Notes: generated by a model not told the origin, from the letters alone. A stretch of 63,657 nucleotides of DNA, filler included, from 3 parts of 3 records of this genome joined end to end with filler, not necessarily neighbours in it, one strand, 5' to 3'; shown: positions 1 through 9,700, counted from the whole stretch's first letter. Translations and numbers: made by a program.

Positions 1-30
1 GAATCGAACCGCTGACCTTTTGACTGCCAG
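1..30 (-). tRNA. 3' half of tRNA-Ala(GGC), cut at the anticodon loop; att site at the left end of the integrated element (continues off-window)
   Basis: Minus strand reads CTGGCAG (anticodon loop, GGC)-TCAAA-AGGTC-AGCGG-TTCGATT-C. The matching 5' anticodon stem and D arm are absent beyond position 30, and an integrase follows directly. Confidence 0.85.
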
Positions 31-135
31 ACACGGGATTATTGGTTTTATATGGTTTGATGTGATTTTATGTGGTCTGAATATAAGGGTTTTAGAATTT
101 ATATTCGTATATTGTGTTTCATAAGGAATTATAAT

Positions 136-157
136 TTGAGTGCAAATCAAGTGCAAA
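136..157 (+). repeat. Paired AGTGCAAA repeats (11-bp period), putative integrase arm-type sites, left end
   Basis: AGTGCAAA at 139-146 and 150-157. TTGAGTGCAAA (136-146) recurs exactly at 26551-26561. Confidence 0.7.
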
Positions 158-169
158 TACCCATACGCC

Positions 170-1387
170 ATGAATACCAACATCGTTATCACTTTAGATA
201 CTCGCCGTGCAAAAAAGGATGGTACGTACCCGATTATTTTTCGTCTCAGCCATCAAAATAAAACAATTCCTATTCCAAGCGGCTACGCAATTTTAAAAAA
301 ATCATGGGATAGCAGTAACCGAAAAATCAGAAATTCATGTAAAGAACTGGATAATATCAACCGGGTGAATAATTATCTGGTAAAAACCCGTGCACGCTAT
401 ATGGACAGAATTACTGTTTTAGGCGACAAAGAAAAACTCGCCTATATGTCCATCAAAGAAATCAAGGAAGATTTACTACAATCCAAAGAAAGTGTTTCTT
501 TTTACGAATATACCCAAAAGCAGATTAAAGAACTCAACGAGCAAAACAGGCTTGGCAATGCGTTGAGTTACCGCAATACCATGCGCCTTGTTAAAAAGTT
601 CTGCAACGACAAGGATATTCGCTTTCAAGAAATTAATTATAACTTCCTGCTTAAACTAGAAGCCTCGTATTTGGGTCGTGGATTGAGTATTAATGGACTG
701 GCCGTACATATGCGCACCTTGCGCGCGATTTATAACAAAGCCATCAAGGATAAAATCATTGACCGTGAAGCCTACCCGTTTGAGCAATATGTGATAAAAA
801 GCAAGCCCACTAAAAAACGTGCAATAAGCCCCGAAGCAATTCAGCAAATCGTTGCACTATCCTATGAGAGCGAAAGCACGCTGTTTCATGCGCGTAATTA
901 CTTTCTGATTAGCTTTTACCTTATGGGGGCTGCATTTGTGGATTTAGCCTATTTAAAACGCTCAAACGTGATTGATGGCAGGGTTCAGTATAAGCGCAAG
1001 AAAACAGGCCAGTTTTACGACATTAAAATCTCGCAAAGCCTTAAACCCATATTGGACTTTTACATTGAGGGTAAAAAGCCCAATGATTTTGTATTACCCA
1101 TTATCAACCGAGAAAATGATGTTGACCAGTACAAGGATTTTTTATGGGCACGAAAGCGATACAATAAACGGTTAAAACAAATTGCCAAAGATGCAGGCAT
1201 TGAAGAAACCCTCACCTCTTATGTATCACGACACTCTTTTGCATCGATTGCCAATAACATGGCAATCCCGATTACAGCCATTAGTGAGATGCTCGGTCAT
1301 CAAAAAGTATCCACCACGCAAACCTATATTGCCAGTTTAAACAAACAGGTGATTGATGATTATAACGATAGAATAACCGCTATGTAA
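170..1387 (+). CDS. Tyrosine recombinase/integrase (Bacteroidota type: arm-binding, SAM-like and catalytic domains)
   Basis: N-terminal LDTRRAKKDGTYPI; C-terminal SYVSRHSFAS...LGHQKVSTTQTY. ATG at 170 preferred over GTG at 140. Confidence 0.95.
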   Translation: MNTNIVITLDTRRAKKDGTYPIIFRLSHQNKTIPIPSGYAILKKSWDSSNRKIRNSCKELDNINRVNNYLVKTRARYMDRITVLGDKEKLAYMSIKEIKEDLLQSKESVSFYEYTQKQIKELNEQNRLGNALSYRNTMRLVKKFCNDKDIRFQEINYNFLLKLEASYLGRGLSINGLAVHMRTLRAIYNKAIKDKIIDREAYPFEQYVIKSKPTKKRAISPEAIQQIVALSYESESTLFHARNYFLISFYLMGAAFVDLAYLKRSNVIDGRVQYKRKKTGQFYDIKISQSLKPILDFYIEGKKPNDFVLPIINRENDVDQYKDFLWARKRYNKRLKQIAKDAGIEETLTSYVSRHSFASIANNMAIPITAISEMLGHQKVSTTQTYIASLNKQVIDDYNDRITAM

Positions 1388-1542
1388 AGGTGTAGACCAA
1401 TCCCATGCCAATCCTAAGAGTTAGGCATTATTACATTCAGTTTCCTGAATGTAAGCCAAATACAAAAAAACCAGGAGTGTTTAAACAACTACGTTGCTAA
1501 AAACTATCCTATTCCGCCGCCATTTTTCATTATGTCTACCTT

Positions 1543-2625
1543 TTAGTTCAAAAAAAACTGGGTCAATAATGTCCCTTTATAATCCTTTTCATCAAGATAA
1601 TCAAGTTCAAACACAATATAGTCTTCTTCAACTTTTGGCACAATTGTGGTGTTTCTTAATTCTCTTTTCGGATGTGAAATATACTTTGCTTTTATCTTTT
1701 CAAACTCTTTTTTGTTTGGAAACATCACTGTTTCCTTAACAGTTCTAAATTTATTTCCTTCTCGATTAGCAAGAGAAATTTCAGTTACTCCTTTATCAAT
1801 TAAATTTGAGAAGTAATTTTCAGCATAAACAACAATCTTATATCTAAGAGTTTTACGAGCCTTCAATACTTCGTTTAGCAAAATATAAACCGACACAAAA
1901 GTATCACTTTTTTCAACAACGACATAATTAAGTTGTTCATTTGTATCTAAATCTATTAACTCCTTAATTTCAATATCTCCTTTTTTATCGAGTATATATC
2001 GATAAAAAATATGCGTAGTATTTGTCCTTGCTGTTATTTGCCAATTATATTCAATTAAGCAATTACCTTTCTCATCAGATTTTACAGACCCAGTAGTTGA
2101 GCGTGAAAAAATAAAATTAGAATGTGTCTTGGTAAGGAAGTTATGAAAGAGCTGCTCCAAATGTCCATTCGTTGTAATTGATGATTTAGCGTCTGCCTTT
2201 TTATTCTCTTCTCTTTTATCGTCGAGTTCAGGCTTCATTTCAGTGATAGATTTTTCAATGCTTTCTGAAAGCTGTTTTTGCCAGTCAACGCTTTTAGTAT
2301 CGTATACAATACACCTTTGATGCTTATAATCAAAAGGAACATCATCGATAGTCTGAGTAAGAATGACTGTTGGTTTTTCTAAAGTATGCGCTATTCCAAG
2401 CTCATAATTTACATTTGGATTCTTTTCAGAAACGTCAGCTATAATGTAATCAGCAGATTTAATGCTATTAAAAATATCGTTGGCAATAATTCCAGGTTTA
2501 TAAATATCATCAACCCTATATATCTTATGGCCAATTTTATTTTCTACCGTTGGCGCAATTATTTTGCGATAATAATCATTAAAATATTTCGTGAAAGGCA
2601 TTATTACAAAACAGCTTCTACTCAT
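1543..2625 (-). CDS. Nucleoside 2-deoxyribosyltransferase-like/TIR-like N-terminal domain fused to an unknown beta-rich C-terminal domain
   Basis: CFVIMPF...IIADVSEKNPNVNYELGIAH...VPFD motif set. Confidence 0.7.
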   Translation of the reverse strand: MSRSCFVIMPFTKYFNDYYRKIIAPTVENKIGHKIYRVDDIYKPGIIANDIFNSIKSADYIIADVSEKNPNVNYELGIAHTLEKPTVILTQTIDDVPFDYKHQRCIVYDTKSVDWQKQLSESIEKSITEMKPELDDKREENKKADAKSSITTNGHLEQLFHNFLTKTHSNFIFSRSTTGSVKSDEKGNCLIEYNWQITARTNTTHIFYRYILDKKGDIEIKELIDLDTNEQLNYVVVEKSDTFVSVYILLNEVLKARKTLRYKIVVYAENYFSNLIDKGVTEISLANREGNKFRTVKETVMFPNKKEFEKIKAKYISHPKRELRNTTIVPKVEEDYIVFELDYLDEKDYKGTLLTQFFLN

Positions 2626-2777
2626 AAGGCATAGATTTTTACTTTAAAGATAAAAACTTCAATTACGTATACCATGGTACTTATCCTTTCTTTTACAAAA
2701 GCTTATATTTCTTTCGTAAACATAATACTAGCACTGACTAACGTTGGAGATTTTAAAACTCAAATGAAAAAAAACGC

Positions 2778-2855
2778 ACCACACAAGCGTATCTAGCCAG
2801 TTTAAACAAACAGGTGATTGACGATTATAACGAGCAGATTATTACTGGTGGGTAA
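2778..2855 (+). pseudogene. Diverged second copy of the integrase 3' end
   Basis: Translates to TTQAYLASLNKQVIDDYNEQIITGG*, versus integrase TTQTYIASLNKQVIDDYNDRITAM*. GCCAGTTTAAACAAACAGGTGATTGA is identical in both (1331 and 2796). Confidence 0.9.
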
Positions 2856-2871
2856 TATTTGAAATAAATAC

Positions 2872-3630
2872 TCATTTCTTATCACCTACCGAGGTCGCCA
2901 TTTTTGTCGTATCCGTAGGCAAAGTTAATGATTTCTCTTTTTGGGGAAGATCAGAAGGCTTACTAGGTCGTTGTGTTTTTCCTTTTGTACTAAAAGTACT
3001 AATAAGCATAATTACAACACCAACAAAAATACCAATTGCTACATTCCAAATTCGCTCAGTTTTTTTGTTTTTAGACTGTTTTTTTTCATTGCGGTTTTCT
3101 TTAGCTTGATATGCATAAAGACCCGGGATTTGCGCTTTTACTTTTGTTATTATTTCCATTAGTTTTTGAATCTCTTGAAAATACTCTTCAAAAACGCCGT
3201 CAATTCCTTCGTAATTACTTTCTTTTTTCTTAGAGCGTAAAAGTCCTACATTTATTTTTACAGAACCCAACAAGGGCGCAATCTCCTGATAGTACTCTGG
3301 AAATACCGTAGCAATACATTCATTTGAAAATTCGTCTAAATCCTGTGTTATTTGAGTACCTAAATTGCTGGCAAGTACAGTATAAGCATCATAGCCTGCC
3401 CTTTCAATGTGCTCTTTAGCTTCTTTTAACTCATATTCATAGTCATCAGGTGAAGTTGCAGCTTTAAAAATATGATCAAGGGCACTTCGTAACTGATTCA
3501 TTGGAGCAATATAAAATTTACCTCTGGGGTCAAAATCCTCCCCAAATATAATTGTCTCCTTAACTTTTACATATATATCGTTAACTTCCTGAAGTGTCTT
3601 TACGTAGTTTTCTTCGAAATTCGCATTCAT
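2872..3630 (-). CDS. Hypothetical helical protein with an Rx4H (HEPN-like) motif and one C-terminal TM helix
   Basis: NQLRSALDH and HIERAGYDAY motifs; hydrophobic IWNVAIGIFVGVVIMLIS. Confidence 0.6.
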   Translation of the reverse strand: MNANFEENYVKTLQEVNDIYVKVKETIIFGEDFDPRGKFYIAPMNQLRSALDHIFKAATSPDDYEYELKEAKEHIERAGYDAYTVLASNLGTQITQDLDEFSNECIATVFPEYYQEIAPLLGSVKINVGLLRSKKKESNYEGIDGVFEEYFQEIQKLMEIITKVKAQIPGLYAYQAKENRNEKKQSKNKKTERIWNVAIGIFVGVVIMLISTFSTKGKTQRPSKPSDLPQKEKSLTLPTDTTKMATSVGDKK

Positions 3631-3660
3631 AAAGGTTGGGTAAATTTAAGCCACTGTTAT

Positions 3661-3891
3661 TTACAGTGGCATCTTGATAGGCATATTAAGGAATGTGTCA
3701 ATCTCAATTTCTGCTTCTGCTGGAGTTTTTATGTTTCCAGCAACAAGTGCAGTATTGCCTATTGCTCCTTCGCAAGTAAAAGCTGAAACCCCTAAGTCGT
3801 CTGAAAGCTCTTTGTACTCAATTTGAGTAACATCGCGAGTACCGTTTTTGCTCTCAATTAGCGACTGTAATTTATCTCTATAGTTTGACAT
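3661..3891 (-). CDS. Small hypothetical protein (76 aa), co-oriented 30 bp upstream of the HEPN-like gene
   Basis: Clean ATG ORF with operon spacing; upstream TACTTTTG matches TAnnTTTG. Confidence 0.65.
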   Translation of the reverse strand: MSNYRDKLQSLIESKNGTRDVTQIEYKELSDDLGVSAFTCEGAIGNTALVAGNIKTPAEAEIEIDTFLNMPIKMPL

Positions 3892-4167
3892 GATTTATTT
3901 TTAATAAACGCATAAGCAGCTGCAAAAGTATATACTATAATTCAACTTTGCAAGTGGTTTTTGCATTCAATACGTTGTAAGTTAGTTATTTGTTTCAAAT
4001 ATTAGCTACGTTGTTAATAAAATGTTGATAACATTGCATCTTACCAACTATCTGAATGTTAAGCATGTATCAATTTAAGCATGATTTAAGATAATGTCAA
4101 ATTGTTTTTAAATATTCATTTCATTGAACAATTTAGTCCAAACACAAAACGGTATCAGAAAGAAAAA

Positions 4168-5106
4168 TCAATGTACCGTTCCAACGACCTTTGGCTTTTC
4201 TGCCGGCTCTTCACAAAGGATATTAGCGAGATTACGCAATTTTTTATCACAACGTTTATTTTTATTTGTCATGGCTGCAAAGAAGTAACGTAAAGCAAGC
4301 TCAATCTGCGGATAATTCTTATCACCCCATGGTACGTCACCGACTTGCTCTTTGATTACATTGCGGATGTGGCTACCGTATTCAGGGTGAGTTAGTGGAT
4401 TGTGCATAAAGCTGTTGAGTTCCATTGAACCATATTGGTTTTCTTTTTCTGCATCAATATGCACCATATAGGAAACCATTGAACCTTCCCGAAGATTTTG
4501 TTTGGTCAGAAAATATCCGATTTCATAGCCTTCCCGATACAGTTCTGCTTTCGATTTGTTCGGATTAGTGTTAGCACGAAACTCTTTCGCCTTTACTTTC
4601 GCTTTTTTCATCAGCTTTTCATGTTCGTTCAGGTGCTCATTCTTTTTATTGAATACAATGCGGATATAGTTGTACCAGTAGAATTTATCAAAAGCGTCAC
4701 TCTCAAGCAGGCTTTTTAAAGTCACCCTTAGTGCCATTTCTTTTCGTGCAAAATCAGCCTCTTTATTAGGAAGAAAACCAATAGCCTGCTTAATATCATG
4801 AATGATACAGGCGTGATATTGAGGAAGCGTATCTTTAAAATTCATACGCAGAGCAATATCATCATTAGCATATAACGTTTTATCAATCTGCTGGCCATTG
4901 ACACCATAATGAATATGATGCGCAAGGTTGGGGTGTTCAACGCTCAAATGAACGGCCAAATTAAACAATGTGTCGCTCAGTTTTTTTGGCGAATGCTGAT
5001 TCTTAAACGTCTCAATGTCTGCCATCACCTGTCGAGCCTGGTCTTCAACTTTGGAATTAAAATCAACCTTGGAAAGTAGAAACGCAACATTCGGTTCTAA
5101 CGTCAT
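4168..5106 (-). CDS. Hypothetical protein (312 aa)
   Basis: Long ORF divergent from the HTH/T4CP operon; no motif recognised. Confidence 0.7.
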   Translation of the reverse strand: MTLEPNVAFLLSKVDFNSKVEDQARQVMADIETFKNQHSPKKLSDTLFNLAVHLSVEHPNLAHHIHYGVNGQQIDKTLYANDDIALRMNFKDTLPQYHACIIHDIKQAIGFLPNKEADFARKEMALRVTLKSLLESDAFDKFYWYNYIRIVFNKKNEHLNEHEKLMKKAKVKAKEFRANTNPNKSKAELYREGYEIGYFLTKQNLREGSMVSYMVHIDAEKENQYGSMELNSFMHNPLTHPEYGSHIRNVIKEQVGDVPWGDKNYPQIELALRYFFAAMTNKNKRCDKKLRNLANILCEEPAEKPKVVGTVH

Positions 5107-5322
5107 TTATTACACCTTTTTTTTATTTTTTGTTATTCCATATTCTACCAAAACATCGCCATTGTTTCAAGAAAACACATCGCAGAAAACAGCCCTTTTG
5201 TTTTATCCTGAATAAATGTAATCCCATCATAACAAACCGTGTTTTCATGGAATTAAAGTAACCGTCTTGAGTGTTTAAAAATTCATTTTTTACATTTAGA
5301 CGCTGTCACTTAATAACACTAT

Positions 5323-5592
5323 ATGGAAGTAATTTGCTTGGAATCCGAGGCGTTCTACACACTGGTTGAGCAGGTTGTGGATCGCATCAAAGAAAAAAAC
5401 GAGATAACGCACGATAAGTGGATTGATGCGCAAACCGCAATGACCTTAATCGGCATAAAATCAAAGACTACGTTGCAACGCCTTCGTGATATGGGAGAGA
5501 TACGCTTCACCCAGCCCAAGCGCAAGTTGATACTGTATGACCGAGATTCCATCATGGAATATCTGGATAAGAATGTACGTGAAACCTTTTAA
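5323..5592 (+). CDS. Helix-turn-helix excisionase-like DNA-binding protein
   Basis: MEVICLESEAFY...WIDAQTAMTLIGIKSKTTLQRLRDMGEIRF, typical of Bacteroidota mobile-element HTH proteins. Confidence 0.85.
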   Translation: MEVICLESEAFYTLVEQVVDRIKEKNEITHDKWIDAQTAMTLIGIKSKTTLQRLRDMGEIRFTQPKRKLILYDRDSIMEYLDKNVRETF

Positions 5593-5601
5593 TTCAATTG
5601 T

Positions 5602-6276
5602 ATGAGTAATCAGAGTCAATTTGCATCACCCATAAACTGGGGAAAAGAACCCACAATAACAAAACATCTTTTAGAGCAATCACAATCCGAAGAAGCCACA
5701 AGAGCCCTACTTCGTATTGATGCCGAATATCAACAAAAAAGACAGGAGCTGGATAATATCCAATTGGAACAAGATGGCAACTTCATGATGGGAAAACTGG
5801 ACTTCGGTTATGGTGAGAAAGAAGACAAAGCCTACTGGATGTCAAAGAAACATGCGGACACATTGCTCTACGACCATTACATGAACGAAGCAGAAAAAAC
5901 CTTTAATCACCACCATCCAGAACAGGAAAATGAGCAAGAAGAAATATTCAATGATAACGACAAAGATGTTAGCGAATATATCAAAAGCTACAATGATGGT
6001 TATACGCTGTTTCACGAAAATGCCGAGCTGTGTAAAAAGTTGAACATCGCTATTATCAAAAGAGAAGAAACGATTAAAAAGGTTGAGGAAATCATAGAAA
6101 ACAAAAGAACCATCATCACCCAAAAAGATGAAGGCATGAAAGATGGTAGCGGTAAAGCATCAACAGAAGTTTCAATCGAAGAGCATAACTCAATTGAAAC
6201 CCGAACGATTGAAAATTCACGAGATATCACACAAAGCATCGAATTAGACAACACACCAGATAAAGAAATCGATTAA
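5602..6276 (+). CDS. Hypothetical acidic protein in the mobilization operon
   Basis: 224-aa ORF between the HTH and T4CP genes with short spacers. Confidence 0.7.
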   Translation: MSNQSQFASPINWGKEPTITKHLLEQSQSEEATRALLRIDAEYQQKRQELDNIQLEQDGNFMMGKLDFGYGEKEDKAYWMSKKHADTLLYDHYMNEAEKTFNHHHPEQENEQEEIFNDNDKDVSEYIKSYNDGYTLFHENAELCKKLNIAIIKREETIKKVEEIIENKRTIITQKDEGMKDGSGKASTEVSIEEHNSIETRTIENSRDITQSIELDNTPDKEID

Positions 6277-6302
6277 CCCACCCGTTTAAATATCAATGAC
6301 AT

Positions 6303-7748
6303 ATGAGAGTTTTAGGTAATGACCTCCTTGACGAGGTAGTGTTTTCTTTGCCCCAATCCGAAGATTGGACTATTCGACATGCGGTAGAAGGTGTTCAAAT
6401 ATTCGGCGGAATTGGTTCGGGTAAATCATCTGGTTCAGGCTATAAAATTGCAAAACATTATCTGGAAAAAGGATTTGGAGGGCTAGTTCTCACCGCCAAA
6501 GTTGATGAAGCCGAAGTGTGGAAGAAATACTGTAGAGACGCAGGAAGGCTTGGTGATTTGGTTATCATTGAACCCAATGGAAAAGCATTCTTTAATTTCC
6601 TAGAATATGAAATGCACCGTGAAGATGAAGGCCGTGGATTAACAGCAAATATCGTTCAATTATTCCGAACCGTTATTAATGCCGGACGAACGATTTCACA
6701 AGGTTCAAAATCCAGTGATCCGTTTTGGGATGATGCCCTGGATATCTTTTTATACTCTGTGATTGACCTGTGCATACTGGCATACGGCAAACAGATATCC
6801 ATTGATAAAATCTATAAGGTCGCCACATCTATTCCTAAATCACTGGATGAGATGTTTGAAGAAAAAGCTTATGAAAAAAGTGAATTTACCAATGTAATGG
6901 TGTCTATTCTTCGTGGGAAAATTAACTCTGGCACAATGTCACAAGTTGATTTGAACCTTTACACAAAACTCGAAGATTATTTTCTCAACCGTCACATTCC
7001 TCTTGCAGAGAAAACCCGCTCCATTATTGAGTATTCTTTGGATAGCTTTCTGTTCCCTCTCACCCGTGAACCTGTATATTCCCTGTTCTGTGATAAAGGA
7101 TGTACCGTGGTTCCCGAGCAGTGCTTTACCAAGGGGAAAATCATCTTACTTAATCTACCCGTTAAGAAATTTGATAAGGTTGGGCGAGATATACAAATCA
7201 TGTTTAAATATATCTGGCAATGTGCCATGGAACGGCGCAATGTTACCAAAGAACCTAGCCCTGTATTTCTATGGGCAGATGAAGCTCAAAATTTTATCCA
7301 TGAACACGATATGGTGTTTCAGTCTACGGCACGCTCTGCACGTGTTGCTACAACATACATTACACAAAACCTTCCTAACTATCTGGCCAATATGGGCGGT
7401 GAACGCGCCAAAAGTCAGGTGGAAGCTTTCTTGGGAACTCTCGGTACAAAAATATTCCATGCAAACTCCGATGTGGTTACCAATAAATACGCTTCTGACC
7501 TGTTTGGTGAAGTCATGCTTGATATTGAAAGAGTATCGCAAACCATTAATTCGGATGATGTTACGATTAATACTGGTAGTGAACTTAAAGACAGGCCATT
7601 CGTGCCACCTGAAAAATTTATTCAGCTTAAAACCGGAACGCAGGACAACGATAAAATTGTTGAAGCCATCATTCATCTGCATCGTCGGAAGGTCGTTGAT
7701 ATCAACACATTCAAACCGTATTTCCGAGTAAATTTCAAACAACAATAG
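6303..7748 (+). CDS. Type IV coupling protein (TraD/VirD4-like ATPase)
   Basis: Walker A GGIGSGKS, Walker B FLWADEAQNF, plus DPFW and ITQNL motifs. Confidence 0.85.
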   Translation: MRVLGNDLLDEVVFSLPQSEDWTIRHAVEGVQIFGGIGSGKSSGSGYKIAKHYLEKGFGGLVLTAKVDEAEVWKKYCRDAGRLGDLVIIEPNGKAFFNFLEYEMHREDEGRGLTANIVQLFRTVINAGRTISQGSKSSDPFWDDALDIFLYSVIDLCILAYGKQISIDKIYKVATSIPKSLDEMFEEKAYEKSEFTNVMVSILRGKINSGTMSQVDLNLYTKLEDYFLNRHIPLAEKTRSIIEYSLDSFLFPLTREPVYSLFCDKGCTVVPEQCFTKGKIILLNLPVKKFDKVGRDIQIMFKYIWQCAMERRNVTKEPSPVFLWADEAQNFIHEHDMVFQSTARSARVATTYITQNLPNYLANMGGERAKSQVEAFLGTLGTKIFHANSDVVTNKYASDLFGEVMLDIERVSQTINSDDVTINTGSELKDRPFVPPEKFIQLKTGTQDNDKIVEAIIHLHRRKVVDINTFKPYFRVNFKQQ

Positions 7749-7779
7749 TCAACTTTTTAAAACTTTAAATTTTTTGAAT

Positions 7780-8562
7780 ATGAGCAAAGAACAAACAAGA
7801 AAAGCGGATTACTTTACTGTCTTCTCCTACACGAACTATGCACGTTTGATTTATCAAGGGCTAATGCTGGCGATAACCAAATTCCCAAGTTTAATTGTAG
7901 CGGTATTTCTCCGCAAGAACTTTGGTGAACGCTATTTTACTTTATCGGCCAGTATTACATTGTCGGTACTTTTATTACTTCCCTATTTTGCAGCCCGAGA
8001 GCTTTCGCACAGCTTTGAGGTTTTTGAGATTATGAATTTTACATGGGTAATCTTCATTCTAATTTTTTTAGGCTTCTCCATCAAAAGGCGACTGGAATTT
8101 GACCGCAAAAGCAGAACCATCAGCACTGAACGATTTAGCTATTTTGAAGGAGAAATAAACGATGACCTTTGGGAGTGGATTGAAGGCAAAACAAAAATCA
8201 TTAAAGCAGACTATTATCTTATTCAACGCTATTGGGAACCGCTACTTGTTTTTATTGTCGGTTTTGTTCTTACCCTCACCTACATTTTTTCCTTTATTGG
8301 AATGTTCTTAACAGCCTTGAGCATCCTGCAATATATACGTGTATCTATCCTTTATGCCAGAGGCCGTCATTATCTAATGGATAAAATTGATGCGCAGATA
8401 GCAAAAGAAAATCTACGTAACACTATCGTGTTTGATAAACCTGCATCACAGACGCAAGGATTTAGTATTTTTGGCCCTCGTCCAGAGTCTCAAGAAGTCC
8501 GAGAAAAAATTGTCGACCAGATTTTCGAAAAAGAAAAAGAGGAGGAAGTGGTAACAATTTAG
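7780..8562 (+). CDS. Membrane protein next to the T4CP
   Basis: Several TM segments; FLRKNFGERYF motif; 31 bp after the T4CP. Confidence 0.75.
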   Translation: MSKEQTRKADYFTVFSYTNYARLIYQGLMLAITKFPSLIVAVFLRKNFGERYFTLSASITLSVLLLLPYFAARELSHSFEVFEIMNFTWVIFILIFLGFSIKRRLEFDRKSRTISTERFSYFEGEINDDLWEWIEGKTKIIKADYYLIQRYWEPLLVFIVGFVLTLTYIFSFIGMFLTALSILQYIRVSILYARGRHYLMDKIDAQIAKENLRNTIVFDKPASQTQGFSIFGPRPESQEVREKIVDQIFEKEKEEEVVTI

Positions 8563-9073
8563 ACCTTTTTTTCTTACCCTCATAAGCGGTGCTTAGGGAA
8601 GAAGTCTGATATAAAACTGGGGGCGGTGCATAGGCTGTTTTTTGGGGCAGTGCATCGCCTTTTTCACTTCCCGTGAGCAGTGCTTTTTATACACAATTGT
8701 AAAAGAATTATATTGTCTTTTCTATTGAGCCATTTATAAGTAGAAAAGCATTAGATTTTATGAATGGGGAACGTTCAATGATACGCAATATTTATAGTAT
8801 TTTGCTCGAAGAAAAAACAGGTATTACCGATGTAATAAATGCCGACTACAAGCAAATTAATGAGAACGACAAAAAACCATCTATCGCAGAGCATCCTGAT
8901 TCCCTAGGAAAGCATGCAACTCCATATGCTCGTAGACAATTCATTACCCGTGTCAAACATATGAGATTAAAATAGTTCTGCGCTTTATATATATTGAATT
9001 TTCAAAACCTGTAGTACCCAAAACTGCATATAATTAAAGTTAAAAGCCCCCGTCTCCGAGGGCTTTATTGCTT

Positions 9074-9424
9074 TTAATACTCACACGATAACATCACAGT
9101 CATCAGTCGGTTTGTTTTGGATGGGTCGGACGGGTCTTCACTACCGTATTTCATGGACTTGTCGTAGTAATCAATCTTCCAAAAGATATCCTTTCCTCGA
9201 TGACGAATATTGCCAAAATCATGTTCGCCGTAGGGGTCATTATTTTCATTAAAGTTACTGAACTGCGAAACCTTATGCAGAATGTCCATTTGCTCGAAGC
9301 TTGACAGTGCGGCAATGCCCTGCGTGATAACAAGTTTGTTCTGCATCCATTCTTGTAGGATATCCGCACGGAACTTATCGTTTAGCTGTGCAATGATTTG
9401 AGATTTGGTAAGATGCTGTGTCAT
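9074..9424 (-). CDS. DUF3768-like protein
   Basis: IAQLNDKFR...NDPYGEHDFG...FWKIDYYD...TVMLSCEY; AAGGAG SD upstream. Confidence 0.85.
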   Translation of the reverse strand: MTQHLTKSQIIAQLNDKFRADILQEWMQNKLVITQGIAALSSFEQMDILHKVSQFSNFNENNDPYGEHDFGNIRHRGKDIFWKIDYYDKSMKYGSEDPSDPSKTNRLMTVMLSCEY

Positions 9425-9487
9425 GGAATTTCTCCTTTGAATAATGTTGGTAAATCAAAAGGCCGGGCATGAACCCGACCGTTGGTA

Positions 9488-9700
9488 TTAGCTTTGAGGC
9501 TTTTCTTTGTTTCGGCGTACGGTCAGCGTTACATCCATATCCAAAAGTGAAATAACTTGTGTCAGGCCATCACCATCAGAATGAGGCCATGCAGCACCAA
9601 CTCGGTTCCAGATTTTTTTACCGTTTACTTCTTTGACCACATAAACGCTATGCGATGGTTTATTGGATTTTTCAGTTTGATTTTGTGCGTTATTTTTCAT
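9488..9700 (-). CDS. Small hypothetical protein (VGAAWPH motif), paralog of 10041-10247
   Basis: MKNNAQ... start with AAAGGAA upstream; shares PSHSVY.VK and VGA.WPH.D with its neighbour. Confidence 0.75.
   Translation of the reverse strand: MKNNAQNQTEKSNKPSHSVYVVKEVNGKKIWNRVGAAWPHSDGDGLTQVISLLDMDVTLTVRRNKEKPQS

Noticed and set aside
1543-3891. Possible retron or CBASS context for the NDT-like and HEPN-like genes
   Set aside because: No reverse transcriptase (YADD) or nucleotidyltransferase/cyclase gene found in the island.
7003-7745. Long alternative-frame ORFs (242 aa +, 158 aa -) within the T4CP gene
   Set aside because: Fully overlap a motif-supported gene and have no recognisable features. 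Treated as shadow ORFs, like the other short overlapping ORFs in the track.
8711-8718. TATTGTCT, matching the R388 nic-proximal sequence
   Set aside because: No adjacent hairpin of the expected form and 1.7 kb from the relaxase; an 8-mer in AT-rich DNA is plausible by chance. Kept only as a fallback oriT region.
8760-8975. 71-aa intergenic ORF
   Set aside because: No motif or clear start signal; it could be real but I cannot support it.
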